DNA of 37,034 nucleotides from Malacoraja senta (Eukaryota): NCBI GenBank assembly GCA_038087875.1, contig JAXLNO010000170.1, positions 186,001 to 223,034 of the forward strand, read 5' to 3'. Shown piece by piece: positions 1 to 12,000 of this stretch (position 1 is its first letter; each line of letters starts with the position of its first letter). The notes under the pieces were generated by a model. It saw only the letters and a program-made list of their open reading frames with translations, ran no database searches and was not told where the DNA came from. The position numbers and the translations under genes were made by a program.

Positions 1-2884
1 AGCCCTGCTTGGATCAGAGTCTGCAACCCGGCCACTACAGACTCCAGCTGGCTACGTTCCTTCAGAACCTCTTTGGTCAGGCACAGGCTCCTCGCCTGCA
101 TCATGCTCAGAGCTGCAAAGAACTTCTTCATACTGTTTGTCCCCATCTTCCAGAACATCAGGTCAAAGTCATTATCCTCTTCCCCGCTGTCGTCAGATCT
201 TCCCTCGTCACCAGAGGTCGGACGCTGGGCAAAAATGGCAGAATTGTTAAACTTGAAGTGTGCTGGCAATCCCTTTTTGTCTTTAGGGCAGGGTACCTGG
301 TCGGCTTTCAGGGCCTCCAGAACTGGGGAGTGCTGCCCGTCCGCGAACGTCACCAGTATCTGAATGTTCTCCACTATATCTTTGCCAAAAATGGAAAGGA
401 TGGAATCGAAGACATATTTCTGTGTTGGGGTCAGGCGAGCCAGGGAGGCTTGGGCGACGAAACAGACCGCGTCGATCTGATCAATGCCCTGTGGGGAAGA
501 GAAGAACTCGCGGATGTGGTCAGTGATCAGTTGATCCCAGCTGATGCCCCTGGTGTCCCCGTAGCCTGGCGTGTCGATGATAGTCAGTGAGCAGTCGATG
601 TTAAACCCTACCTGGTGGTGGAGATGGTAGGCAGTGATGGAGGATGTCTGGCTCTCAGCCTGGGATTTTCCCGTCTCCTCCTGTATTAACTTGTATCTGA
701 AGTTGTCCCCCCACTCCACGCCCAAGATGTAGTTGATCATCCCATTGATGAGGGTTGTCTTTCCTGACCCAGTTGCCCCCAGCAACATAATTGTCTTCAT
801 CTTGTGCATAGTGGTGGGCTTTCCTAAGGAGCATTTCACAAGCTGCTTGGACTGATTTAACACCTCCTTTTCTAGTTTGAGCTTGTAAATGGAAGGGTTT
901 CCTCTGGATATTAATTGAGCTTGTTCGAGAAGTTTCAGGGCAATTCTCGTTGGTCCGTCTGAACTATAGTAGCATTGTTTGTCTTTTGTCTGAACCTTCT
1001 CGCATGATCCGTCCAATGCGTCCATCGAAGGTTCTTCCTTGTATTCATTCCTGTAATGAAATACGTCGGCTCCAATCTGACTTGGTCCGTCCCCGGACAG
1101 TGTTGGTTTGGGTGACTGATCCTGGAAGACCGGTTTACCAGGTGGACTTGTCGGCCGGGTGGAGACCTTGTAGATCTCACTGGCCTTGCTGACCCCTACC
1201 TTGGTCACGGCTCTGTATTGGACGTGATATTCCTGGTGTGGCTCCAACCCAGATATCGTGAAGGAGTGGGATGTGTCAGGTGTATCTAGTATTGTCCATT
1301 TCTCCTGCTGGCTACCTCGATACTCTACCTTGTAGCTCACAATCTCATCAGAACCACATGTGGGAGGCTCTAACTGCAGTGTCACACTGTCGTGTGTTGT
1401 CCCACTCACTGTTGGTCTCTCAGGCTGGGACGGGGGTTCAAAGCAGCGGCTCCTCTCAATCCCTCCCCCATACAGGTAAATAGACGCACCCATGTTACTG
1501 TCACCCTGTGCGTATCCAACAAGGAATTTTACTTTCTCGTCCCCACTGTTGGCTGTGGCAAAATCCAGGAACAATTTGGATCTTTCCTTCATCTTCTCGG
1601 TTATGGACGATAAGTGAAACCAGCGCTCGCTGTGTTGTGTTGTACAGGCTCCGTCAGCAGGAGGTGGCATCTGCATTTTCTCTGCTGTGAGAGATTGGAG
1701 GTAGTGGATTGCCTCCGGCAGGTAGAAATCCTCCTGATGCAGTGTTGTGAATGTGAAGCAGACCACGTAGTCTGTTACTGGACCCATCAACACTTCATGC
1801 AACTCTCTCCTTGATTTCACAACAGGTATGTCTTTCATTATCCTGATGCAAAGTCCCACAACCATCATCTCCCATTCCTTGTCATCCAGCCATGTGGTCA
1901 GTGCTTGGTGTTTAAATGGTGACTGCTCCCTGTTCTTCAGTATGTCCGCCAGCAACCCTTCCTCCTTCCCGCCGCCCCGAATGGATGGCAAAACTCTGGC
2001 TAAGGTCCTTTGGAAAACCAGTTTGTACTCCAGACACATCTCTCGGAATTGAAGGATCCTGTCCCGGATCTCAGGAAACTGAACTGTGACATTGTCTTTC
2101 ATCAGGTCATTGCACCTCATCACGGCCTCACTGAGCTGTTCCAGGACACACTGGCAGCGATTGACCAGTCCCACGCTGATCTCCCTCACCATCTGAGCAG
2201 CTTTGGTGTCCAGTTTATTGAGAGGATAGAGCCAGACTGCGACAGGCACTGAATGTTCTCCACCTGAGCCCAGCAGGTGTGGGAGGGTTGCGTAGATATT
2301 GATGGCATCTCGGTAGGTGGTGGGATTGTTCTTCAGCGAGATGTCCCCGTAAAAGGTGCAGCTAAACTTCTCGGCCTGAGAGCTCTCTTCTTCTGTCATT
2401 TCTATGGAGGCCTCTCCCTCGATCGCAATCTTAGGGAGACGTTTAATCATCGCCTCCATGTTGCCCTGAATATTCTGTATGTTCTCTGCTGATGAAGCTA
2501 TTTGATCAAACACAAAGAAGGCCTGGGCCCCATACAGCACTGCTGTAATGACATGGGTGGCTGAGCCCTCATCAAACACACTCGGGTAGATAATATTCTG
2601 TCTCCCTAAGTGATTCATCGTCAGTTGTTCAAACCTGGTTGTTGCTTTGTACTGAAGGGTAACTCGTGCTTGTTGCTTTGATTCCTTTGTGTCTCTTAGA
2701 TACTTTGCCGACCCTTTCACCTCCACTAACCCACCCAGGAGACTCACCTTCAGTGACCCTGAGACATTGAGGGCAGCGGCTTTCCTCTCCATGGAGTCTG
2801 ATCCAATGATGTGAAACTCAGTGCTGGGATGGTCACGACGATCAAGGTTGCTCTGCAGTGTCTGCAAGTCCCACAAGGTGACGC
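1..2884 (-). CDS. Large coding exon of a stonustoxin-like (MACPF/CDC-type) protein fused to FN3 and an AIG1/septin-like GTPase; continues beyond the window edge
   Basis: Manual translation from acceptor ...ccggtag|GC (2884) is open to base 1. SNTX-like N-terminus: GVTLWD...SLLGGLVEVKGSAKYL...ARVTLQYKATTRFEQLTM...ATHVITAVLYGAQAFFVFD...FSCTFYGD...VPVAVWLYPL. Helical region RCNDLM...LPSIRGGG. Thioredoxin-like region VVCFTFTTL...GASIYLY. FN3 PPSQPERP...YKVEY...SGLEPHQEYHVQYRAV. GTPase motifs GATGSGKT (756-779), SQT, DTPG (564-575), TFAD (339-350) and FKFNNS, then a coiled-coil start (TKEVLKERSQLE). Confidence 0.93.
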
Positions 2885-3266
2885 CTACCGGATAAATCAG
2901 CGATCAAAACTGTTAATAATGTGAAAATTACTCAAAACGAATAATAATAAAATAATCTACCCAATCTAGTCCACTCATGATTTTACACACCTGTATAAGA
3001 TCACCCCTCATATCAACCCATATCAGAGGGCATTTGACAAAATCCCTCATAAGTTGAAATTCATTGAGTGGAAGGTATATCTGAATCCTACCACAACCAG
3101 AGAACAGTCCTGAACCACTATCTACCTCATTGGTGACCCTTGGACTACCCTTGATCGGACTTTGCTGGCTTTACCTTGCACTATACGTTATTCCCTTATC
3201 ATGTCTCTCGATTCACCTACTCTGGGCTCATGTGACTTCATGATTTGTGTGAAGACATTCCAGTAC

Positions 3267-3375
3267 CTGGGATCAGAGCATCTGATCGGCAGTCGTACAG
3301 CATTCCCAACTGGAAAGGCCGGCTCAGAGCAGCCAGTTGTAAGAACTCACTCATCACTAAACCAGAAGTGGACAT
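3267..3375 (-). CDS. First coding exon of the stonustoxin-like/GTPase gene
   Basis: Encodes MSTSGLVMSEFLQLAALSRPFQLGMLYDCRSDALIP(G), matching the stonustoxin N-terminal ALGRPFxLGMLYD..LIPG motif. Phase-1 donor CCAG|gtactg at 3267 joins in frame to 2884. A polypyrimidine acceptor (ttcctctttctgttccag) at 3393 implies an upstream non-coding exon. Alternative ATG at 3354. Confidence 0.9.
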
Positions 3376-3468
3376 CCAACAAAATCCAGTGATCTGGAAC
3401 AGAAAGAGGAATAAAATATGAAGATGAATCCACTCGACGTATGTTTTTTTGCAGATGTGACCAAAAAG

Positions 3469-3722
3469 GTTTAGTTTAGAAATACAGTGCGGAAACAGGC
3501 ACTTCGGACCACTGGGTCCGCGCCGGCCACTATCCCCACACACTAACACTATCCTACACACGCTAGGGACAATTTACATTTATAGCAAGCCAATTCACCT
3601 ATAAATCTGTACATCTTTGGAGTTTGGAAGGAAATCGAAGATGTTAGAGAAACCCCACTCATATCACGGGGAGAAAGTATAAACTCCGTACAGACAGCAC
3701 CCATGGTCGGGATCGAACCCCA
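3469..3722 (-). mobile_element. tRNA-derived V-SINE (elasmobranch HE1-like), partial
   Basis: Reverse complement of the SINE at 4761-5037, with a (CTAAA)n tail and B-box-like gggttcgatccc. Confidence 0.75.
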
Positions 3723-3883
3723 TGTTTAAGTTGAGGGATGTTAACTATTGCACTGAGAATCACAGTATGATTTTCGTGTGGATGAAGGCCATTCTGCCCA
3801 TTGAGCCTACTAGCTCTGGGTAAGAACAATCCATATGGTCCCACATTCCCGCCTTGAAAATCCCTTCCTTTCAGGAAGGTAAT

Positions 3884-4090
3884 TTCAGCCAAACATCCGT
3901 CGGGGAATGTTGCCGACTGGCCTGCTCCAGACTGGAGGAGTACGTGCTGAGGGACGCACCGAAGCTTGGTGCAGCCAACGCCAAGGGTCCGTGGGGGAGG
4001 ACCACTGTCTAGGGTCCATCCGCTGCTGGACATTGGGGGGCAGGGTCCAGTGTAGATACCCCTCAAACAAGGGAAGGGAAACAAGGTGAA
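3884..4090 (+). mobile_element. 3' fragment of a Tx1/L1-clade LINE ORF2
   Basis: 3884-4012 translates as ...ECCRLACSRLEEYVLRDAPKLGAANAKGPWGRTTV*, resembling Tx1-type ORF2 C-termini (recognition only). Confidence 0.5.
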
Positions 4091-4092
4091 GA

Positions 4093-4362
4093 TCATAAGT
4101 GATAGGAGTAGAATTAGGCCATTTGGCCCATCAAGTCTATTCCGCCATTCAATCATGGCTGATCTATCTCTCCCTAATAACCCCATTCTCCTACCTTCTT
4201 CCTATATCCTTTGATACCCATCCTAATCAAGAATCTATCTCTGCCATAAATATATCCACTGACGTTGCCTCCAGAGCCTTTTGTGGCAAAGAATTCCACA
4301 GATTCACCACCCTCTGACGAAAGAAATTCCTCCTCCTCTCCTTCCTAAAAGAACGTCCTTTA
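4093..4362 (-). mobile_element. CR1 LINE 3' end fragment
   Basis: Reverse-complement similarity to the 3' end of the CR1 at 28150-28399 (gatcagccatgat, gaagggcc.aatggcc, gtggtgaatct.tggaa). Confidence 0.75.
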
Positions 4363-4760
4363 ATTGCGTGAACGCGATATCACCATTATAAATCAATATT
4401 TCCCCCCAACCCATCCGGAGATCTGTTGCTAAATAGGAAACGTGCATCTGAAGCGATAAACGCAGAGACCGAAGCGGGGCTGTATTCTAACTGGAGTGGG
4501 TTTTTTTTGGATTTCGAAAACATAGTGAAATCTATTGAAACAAAAGCACTGAAGAAGGGTCTCGACCCGAAAAGCCACCCATTCCTTCTCTCCATAGATG
4601 CTGCCTGACCCGCTGAATTACTCCAGCATTTTATGTCTAAACCAGCATCTGCAGTTTCTTCCGACGCATAACATGTACCCTCATCGCTCAAAGCTCTGCT
4701 GTTTCATGCTATAAAACCCAACACGCCTTCAATACTTGCTTTGCCTGATTGTGGTCTAAT

Positions 4761-5037
4761 GGCGGCACTACACAGTGGTACAGCGGTAGAGTTGCTGCCT
4801 TACAGCGCCACAGACCCTGATTAGATCCCGACTATGGGTTCTGTGTGTACAGAGTTCTCATGTTCTCCCTGTGACCCTCGTATGTTTTCTCCGGGTACTC
4901 CGTTTTCCTCCCACACTACAAAGACGTGCGGGTTTGTAGGTTAATTGGCTTTGGTGAAAAAAATGCAAATTGGGATGATCACTGGTTGGCGGGCCGAAGG
5001 ACCCGTTTCTGTGCTGTATGTCTAAACTAAACTAAAC
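4761..5037 (+). mobile_element. tRNA-derived V-SINE (HE1-like)
   Basis: tRNA-like head (gtggtacagcggtagag), central V-domain-like gttttctccgggtactccg...ttcctcccaca, CR1-like 3' end gggccgaagg...gtttc and ctaaactaaactaaac tail. Confidence 0.8.
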
Positions 5038-5277
5038 ATATGTCCAGCTAATTATGGTGCAAAGTTCTGATCATGTCACTGTGTGAAGTTACTCTACACT
5101 GAGGCAAAGGTCCATTGTTAGTGCTGTGGTCAGGAGGAACCCCTGCCTTTAGCACTAAAACAACAACACACACACAGATGGATACACACCCCACTGTACA
5201 GATACCCTGATACATGAGCAGAACACAAAGTGCTGGAGGAACAGGCAGCATCTGGAAATGGACAGACGACCTTTCTG

Positions 5278-5725
5278 GTCATGGAGTAATAGAATTTTAC
5301 AGCGTGGAAACAGGCCCTTCGGCCCAACTTGCCCGCCAACATGTCCCATCTGCACTAGTGCCATCTGCCCCGCGTTTGGTCCATATCCCTCCAAACCTGT
5401 CCTATCCATAAACCTGTCTAAATGTTGCTTAAACATTGAGATAGTCCCTGCCTCAACTACATCCTCCGGAAGCTCGTTCCATACACCCACCACCCTTTGT
5501 GTGCAAATGTCACCACTCAGGTTCCCATTTACTCACTCCCCCCCCCCCCCCCCCGCTCATCTTAAACCTATAAAGTTATGTCTATAAAGACTATAAGTGA
5601 TAGGAGCAGAATTAGGCCATTCGGCCCATCAAGTCTAAGCCATACAATCATGGCTGATCTATCTCTCCTTCCTAACCCCATTCTCCTGCCTTCTCCCCAT
5701 CACCCCTGACACCCGTGTTAACCCA
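5278..5725 (-). mobile_element. Two adjacent CR1 3'-end fragments
   Basis: Minus ORF 5155-5493 contains VGVWNELPEDVVEAG...FKQHLDRFM...GLEGYG, the CR1 ORF2 C-terminus; a second CR1 tail lies at 5580-5725. Confidence 0.75.
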
Positions 5726-6095
5726 TCTATATTACTAAATATCTGATCTTGACCGCTTTTGGCCCACTGTGCTGCGATTTCCGAGAGAACGCCGCCACCT
5801 AAGGCCGTCATTTTTGGCCACCTCGCTCAGGGCCCAGGTCCGCCTTCCGGGACCAGAGGATTTTTCCCATCGATGAAAAATCAGAGATATATTAATGTTT
5901 AAAAAAATTCCCCATTCTCTCTGCTGCCCCCGCTGGCGGCAGGGTGGAGGGGGGAGGGACTATCAAACACGGAAGTGTCGTGCCACACTCAGTCCCTGCC
6001 AGACCCAGGAAGCGAGAGGGTCACGGCTCTCTGAGCTGCGAATAACACTGAACGCATGTCTACTCCAGGGTGAGTCCCCTCGATGTGGCTGTAAA

Positions 6096-6337
6096 GTGGC
6101 TGCTGCCAAATTGTTTGCCTTTTAAAAAAAAGTTTGTGTTCACAAAATAAATTTTGGTTATCAGGTGGCTGCTGCCAAATTGTTTGCCTCGCCTTTTAAA
6201 AAGTTTGTGTTCACAAAATGAATTTTGGTTGTCAGGTGGCTGCTGCCAAATTGTTTGCCTCACCTTTTAAAAAGTTTGTTTTCACAAAATGAATTTTGGT
6301 TGTCAGGTGGCTGCTACCAAATTGTTTGCCTCGCCTT
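6096..6337. repeat. ~70-bp minisatellite, about 3.4 copies
   Basis: Unit gtggctgctgccaaattgtttgcct...tcacaaaat.aattttggtt.tcag starts at 6096, 6165, 6236 and 6307. Confidence 0.95.
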
Positions 6338-6440
6338 GGTTTTTAAAATCGTTGCAACAGTTTTCGGATGTATAAAGCGCGAATAAACATTTTATTAGAT
6401 TAAGACTGTTTAATTGCAAAATTGGCGCCCATTCCGGGAC

Positions 6441-6545
6441 TTCCGCTTAGTGGCAAGATGGCGCCGATGCCGTCATTTCCAGTTAGCGTCAAGATGGCAC
6501 TGACTACGTCATTTCCAGTTTGTGGCAAGATGGCGCTGACTGCAG
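6441..6545 (+). repeat. 36-bp tandem repeat x3, each with an AAGATGGC (YY1-like) motif
   Basis: Units start at 6441, 6477 and 6513; aagatggc occurs at 6455, 6491 and 6527. Confidence 0.8.
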
Positions 6546-6734
6546 AAGGCAAAGTGAAGACGTCGTTGAATAATTCAAGAGAGCTTACTGCTCTGTCTAT
6601 GTTGGACGTTATTTTAAGCATGTTTTTGCTTCTGCAGCAGCCGCCTCTACAGGAGGCTTTAAACGTTTGAATCATTCGGTTTACACACTGTATGTTTACC
6701 ACGTTCTGAAGTTACTTGGCATTTTAGTATTGGT

Positions 6735-6893
6735 TGTGAGTCTGTGTGTGAGTGTGTGTGAGTGAGTCTGTCTGTGTATGTGTGTGTGAGTGTATATATG
6801 TGTGTGTGTGAGAGTGTGTGTGAGAGTGTCTGTGTGAGTCTGTGTGTGTGTGTCTGAGAGTGTGTGTGTGAGTCTGTGTGTGTGTGTGTGTGA

Positions 6894-6932
<39 letters not shown>

Positions 6933-6957
6933 TGTGTGAGGTGGAGGGTGTGTGTGA
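6735..6957. repeat. Imperfect (GT)n microsatellite
   Basis: Directly visible. Confidence 0.98.
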
Positions 6958-7975
6958 TCAACATATTACAAATAGTACAAATAATATAGTCTTTCGTAGT
7001 TCAGAGCTTATTCGTTATGTTTAATAGCCTGATGGCTGTCAGGAAGAGGCTGTACCTCAATGTGGGTGTTACAGTTTTCAGTTTACAACAGTCGGACGTG
7101 ACTCCAGAAGTCGGGCATAAGTCAGTCAGTCCACAAGCCATGATTCAGTCTGTCAGTCCAGAGGCCATGAGTGAGTCAGTCAATCAGTCCAGAGACCATG
7201 AGTTAGTCCCAAGGCAGTGAGTCCAGAGGCCATGAGTGGGTCGCTCACCGCACCCCCCCCCCCCCCCACCACACTGGCATCCCCACCTCAAGACGCTGCC
7301 CTCTGCCTGGCTATAGGATGCTCCCCCTCCTGAAGCCGCCCCCATGCCCCGCTGCAGGACATCCCCTCCCTCATCAGCCCACGAGAGCCCCCGCCTGAAG
7401 CCGTCCCCCTCCCTCTGCTGCAGGACGTTTGCCACCCCCGGGGTGGAACATTGCAACCTTCGACTAATGCACAAACAGAAGATCAAATAGATCAAGTTGT
7501 CCTACAACTTTAGGCCGTGCACGCCACACGAAAGAAGAAGCCACCCCCCACCCCGACAGCCCCCGCCTCAAAAAATGTTTTGCACAAATTCTTCAGTGAG
7601 TCCAGAGGATTGAGAATTACAACAAATTACAACCGCTCCATCTCTCTATATTAAAATTGTCTCTTTTTTTATCAACAGCAAATAGCCATCAGGAGGCAGT
7701 GAGCAGCGAAACACAACAAGAGACACGACAAGAAAGAACTTAATAATTCTCATCTTTAACATTTAATTTGTTCTTATATTTTAAGAGTAATTCACAATTT
7801 AAACTTTAATAAATCCTTTTTCCACTTTTCATGCCTGCGTGTTCTTCATCACAATGGGAACCTAATAGGCAGGAATGGCTGCTCTGTGGGAGAGCCACTA
7901 AGAGTGCATGGGGGGAGATTGTGGGGAGATGGACTGAATGCGTGGGGGGGGGGGGGAGGGGAATGCAGGGCTATG

Positions 7976-9010
7976 CAGGGCTCCCGCTTTACTTTTTTTC
8001 CCTGTTGCCAGCCGGGCAACCTTGGTAGCTTTTTAGGTTGCCAACTGACAGTTTAGGTGGTCATTTAAGATGGCTTGCATGACGCGTGCGATAATGTGCT
8101 CGGATGAAGTGCGTAGTTACCAGTCGGAATTATACTCAATGAAGCATTCACATGTTATTTCTGCTTCAAATAAAGTCACAAACTAAACATGTAAATAAAA
8201 TGATTATTATTATTATTATTATATTCACCAATCAAGACATGATATATCCCACAATGACATGCAGCAAAATTATAAGACAGTATCTCAACTCTTTTTACAT
8301 ATTGCACTTAATGCAATTTCTATTAGTTCTTTCCACTTCCAAACAACAATGTGGTTGATTATTCAGCATATGATTAACCTGTGTCAATAAATCCTGGACC
8401 ATGGAAACATATATGCTTAACCATGCACACTACAGATTGATTGATGCAAGCATGTTTTCTGTGAAGGACCGAAAATTACCATAACATGGCCATAGCATGG
8501 GTCGTTATTGCTATTGGTACAGAAACATTCTCGCTTCCCACATAATTTATCTACAACAAAATATACAGGTTGCAAGGACATTTCTACAGGCATTCTATGA
8601 TAATAGCTGTTAAAACCAACTATACCCATCTGACAGGTTAAACATTACACTAGCTGACAAAAGGTGGCCAAAGGACATAACTGCAGCAAATGTTCTTTTG
8701 GTAATATATTTAAAGGTGTCAAGATGCCCACATTACCGGACATTCAGATTAAATGTACGTGTTCTGAACAGCAATGAAGATACCCAGTTTGTAAGCAACA
8801 GATTTAAAAAAAATTATTGATAAACGCTGTTTCCATCATTCCCACTTCAGAATTAATGTTAAAATTTCAACTGAAATATCTCCTGACCAAATTTGTGATG
8901 TATATGATTGACTGTAGAAGTAAAACCTGGATAAATCCAACGTATAGTTGTGAATGTTGCTCATTAAATAACTACAGTACTGATACTCCATATTAAGAGC
9001 ATTGATTTGC
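7976..9010. mobile_element. One end of a hAT-like (Tip100-type) DNA transposon, truncated at the L1
   Basis: Begins CAGGGCTCCCGCT... followed by clustered subterminal gttgcc/ggcaac motifs; no partner TIR found in the window. Confidence 0.4.
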
Positions 9011-9029
9011 CGTTAAAATAAATTCAGAT

Positions 9030-12000
9030 ATAATATAATATTTCTCCAAGAAACACACCTTAAAAAGGAATCTCAACATAGACTTAAAGCTAAGTGGATC
9101 GCTGAATCATATCATTCCTATTTTTCCCATAGGTCCAGAGGAGTTGCAATATTAATTCGTAAAGGAATACCTTTTACGAACTCTTCAACAATAGTGGATA
9201 TTGATGGTAGATATATTATATTAGTTGGAGAGTTAAATGGAGAAAAAGTGATTCTTCTTAATGTATATGGGCCTAACTTTGATAACCCCATGTTTTTTAA
9301 TAAAACATTTAATAAAATTCCTGAATTTACACAATATAAATTAATAATTGGAGGAGACTTCAATTGTACATTAGATTCATACTTAGATAGATCATCAAGG
9401 CAAAAAAAGGTAAAATCTCAATCAAGTGTATTTCTAAATTCATTTATTAATACCACTAATATTAAGGATGTCTGGAGAATAGAAAACCCAACTGGACGGG
9501 AATATTCATTTTACTCACCAGTACATAAAACATACTCAAGAATAGATTATTTTTTAGTTGATTCTACGTTTATCCCATTTATTTATAATTCAAAATACCA
9601 TAACATTATAATCTCAGATCACGCACCTGTAACATTCATGATTAAATTAAATGGAATGTCCGAGAAACAAGCATATTGGAGATTTAACCCACAAATTTTG
9701 AACGAAAGATCATGCCAGGAATATATTATTAAACAGATTCAAATATTTTTTGAGGTAAATGACAACCCTGACACACCTACTTCTCTTATGTGGGAAACGT
9801 TTAAAGCGTTTGTTCGAGGTACATTAATTTCTGCTCAAGCATTTTATAATAAAGAGAACAGGATTAAGCAACAAACATTGGAAAGTGAAATCAAGCAACT
9901 AGATATAGAAAATGCGAGAATGCCATCTACTTTAAAACATAATAAAATTGCTGTATTGAAATATAAATTAAATAAAATGTATTCAGAACAAGTAATAAAA
10001 CTTTATCAAAAAACCAAACAATTACATTTTGAATTTGGAGACAAACCACAAAAACTATTAGCACGTCAGTTACGAAAAATGGAAGGGGAAAAAATAATTC
10101 ATAAAATTAGAACAGAGACAGGAGAATTATTAAAAATGCCCAAGGACATAAATGATAGATTTCTCCAATACTATCAAAACCTTTATTCAACTAAAACCGT
10201 AGCACAATCAGAAGGAATAGCAGATTTTTTACTAAAATGTAATTTAAAAGGTTTAGATTCAAACGATAGAGAATTATTAGAAAGGGAGATTACGATAAAA
10301 GATATTGAGGAGTCTATTGGCTCTTTAAAAAATGGTAAAGCAGTAGGACCAGATGGTTTAGGCTCCGAATTTTATTAAAAAAATTATGATTTGCTCTGCC
10401 CACGCTTACAAAGACTGTATGAGTATATATATACTCTACAGAAACTTCCAGACACTTTAAATGAATCTATAATAACACTTATTCCTAAAGCTGATAAAGA
10501 TCCGGAAGACCCGGGATCATATAGAGCAATTGCACTTTTAAATACAGATCAGAAAATATTAACTAAAATACTAGCGCATAGATTAAGTACAGTGATGAAT
10601 AAATTAATACACCCTGACCAAACAGGCTTTATTCAGAAACGGTACTCATATTATAATCTAAGAAGATTATTTAATATTATATATTCCAAGAGAATTATTA
10701 ATGAAGATCTAGCAATAATCTCACTTGACGCTGAAAAAGCATTTGATCAGGTCGAATGGTCTTATTTATTTTCGGTGATGGAAAATATGCAGCTAGGGGA
10801 GAAATTCTGTACATGGATAAAACTGTTATATACAAATCCCACGGCTAGAATATTTACAAACCAAAGGTTGTCATCTAAATTTAGCCTATCTAGAGGTTGT
10901 AGACAAGGATGCCCGTTATCTCCATTATTATTTGCGCTTGCTATTGAGCCACTTGCAGAAAGAGTCAGGGGGCATCCGGAAATACATGGGTATAACACAA
11001 AGAACACAGTGAATAAAATTTCTCTATACGCAGATGATGTATTAATTTACATTACAAAACCAGAAATTAGTATCCCAAACTTATTAAAGCTAATAACCCA
11101 ATTTGGTTCACTTTCAGGATACAGAATAAATTGGAATAAAAGTGAAATTATGCCAATAAGGGAACATAACAAACAGATAATACAACAATTTCCATTTAAA
11201 ATAGTAAAGGAAAAATTTAAATATCTAGGTATTTATGTAAGTAAGAAATATACATCATTATTTAAAGCAAATTTTCCCCCATTACTGAATAAACTACATA
11301 AGAATATTCAATACTGGAAAACACTTCCTATCTCAATGGTTGGCAAAATTAATGCCATAAAAATGATTTTTTTTACCGCAAATATTATACCTTTTTCAGA
11401 CAATTCCGATATATCTGGCAAAAAACTTTAAAAAAAAACTGGACTCTATTGTTAATGATTTTATCTGGGATTATAAGATTCATAGGATAAACAAAAGACA
11501 TTTGTGTAAATCAAAAATAAATGGAGGCTTGGTTTTACCCAACTTTTTGTTTTATTTCTGGGCAGTTAATATTAAAAATATGAATTTCTGGTTGGAAGAA
11601 ATAGATCATCAACCAGACTGGTTAAAAATGGAAAAGGAAGATTGTTTACCTTTTGATATCGGTTCGATATTATTTGCTACGTCTAAATTAAACAAAAAAA
11701 TTTATAGGGAAAACCCTATAATATTTAGTGCTATACGAATTTGGAAACAATTAAAAAAGACATTAAAATTAGATAATTTATCACTTTTTCTTCCAATTGT
11801 GAATAACCCTTTGTTTAAGCCTTCATGGTTGGACGGGGGTTTTACACAATGGAAGAATTATGGAATTAAAAATATGGGACAACTTTACAAGGAAGGCACT
11901 TTTCTGACATTTCAGGAGTTGCAACAGACTTATGGACTTCGAGGAAATGATTATTTCAGATATCTTCAACTTAGAGATTATGTAAAATCAAATACTCAAA

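Larger units (their letters stand above)
5726..7975 (+). mobile_element. Probable non-autonomous Helitron (5' end present, 3' end lost), with internal minisatellites and nested LINE fragments
   Basis: Starts A|TCTATATTACTAAA (Helitron-type TC 5' terminus after A), has no TIRs, and contains several tandem repeats. No CTAG/hairpin end is seen before the hAT-like element, so the right boundary is approximate. Confidence 0.5.

Noticed and set aside
9..2492. Plus-strand ORFs such as 9-590 (193 aa)
   Set aside because: Antisense shadows of the real minus-strand exon; no recognisable motifs.
1..3375. Calling the gene a venom toxin
   Set aside because: The domain architecture differs from stonustoxin and there is no tissue-expression evidence; homologous domains occur in non-venomous animals.
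4761..4840. tRNA-like sequence
   Set aside because: It is the degenerate head of a SINE, not a tRNA gene.
6096..6337. Regularly spaced repeats resembling a CRISPR array
   Set aside because: The intervening sequences are also repeated, so it is a minisatellite; eukaryotic context and no cas genes.
6659..6964. His/Thr-rich 101-aa ORF
   Set aside because: Translation of the (CA)n microsatellite.
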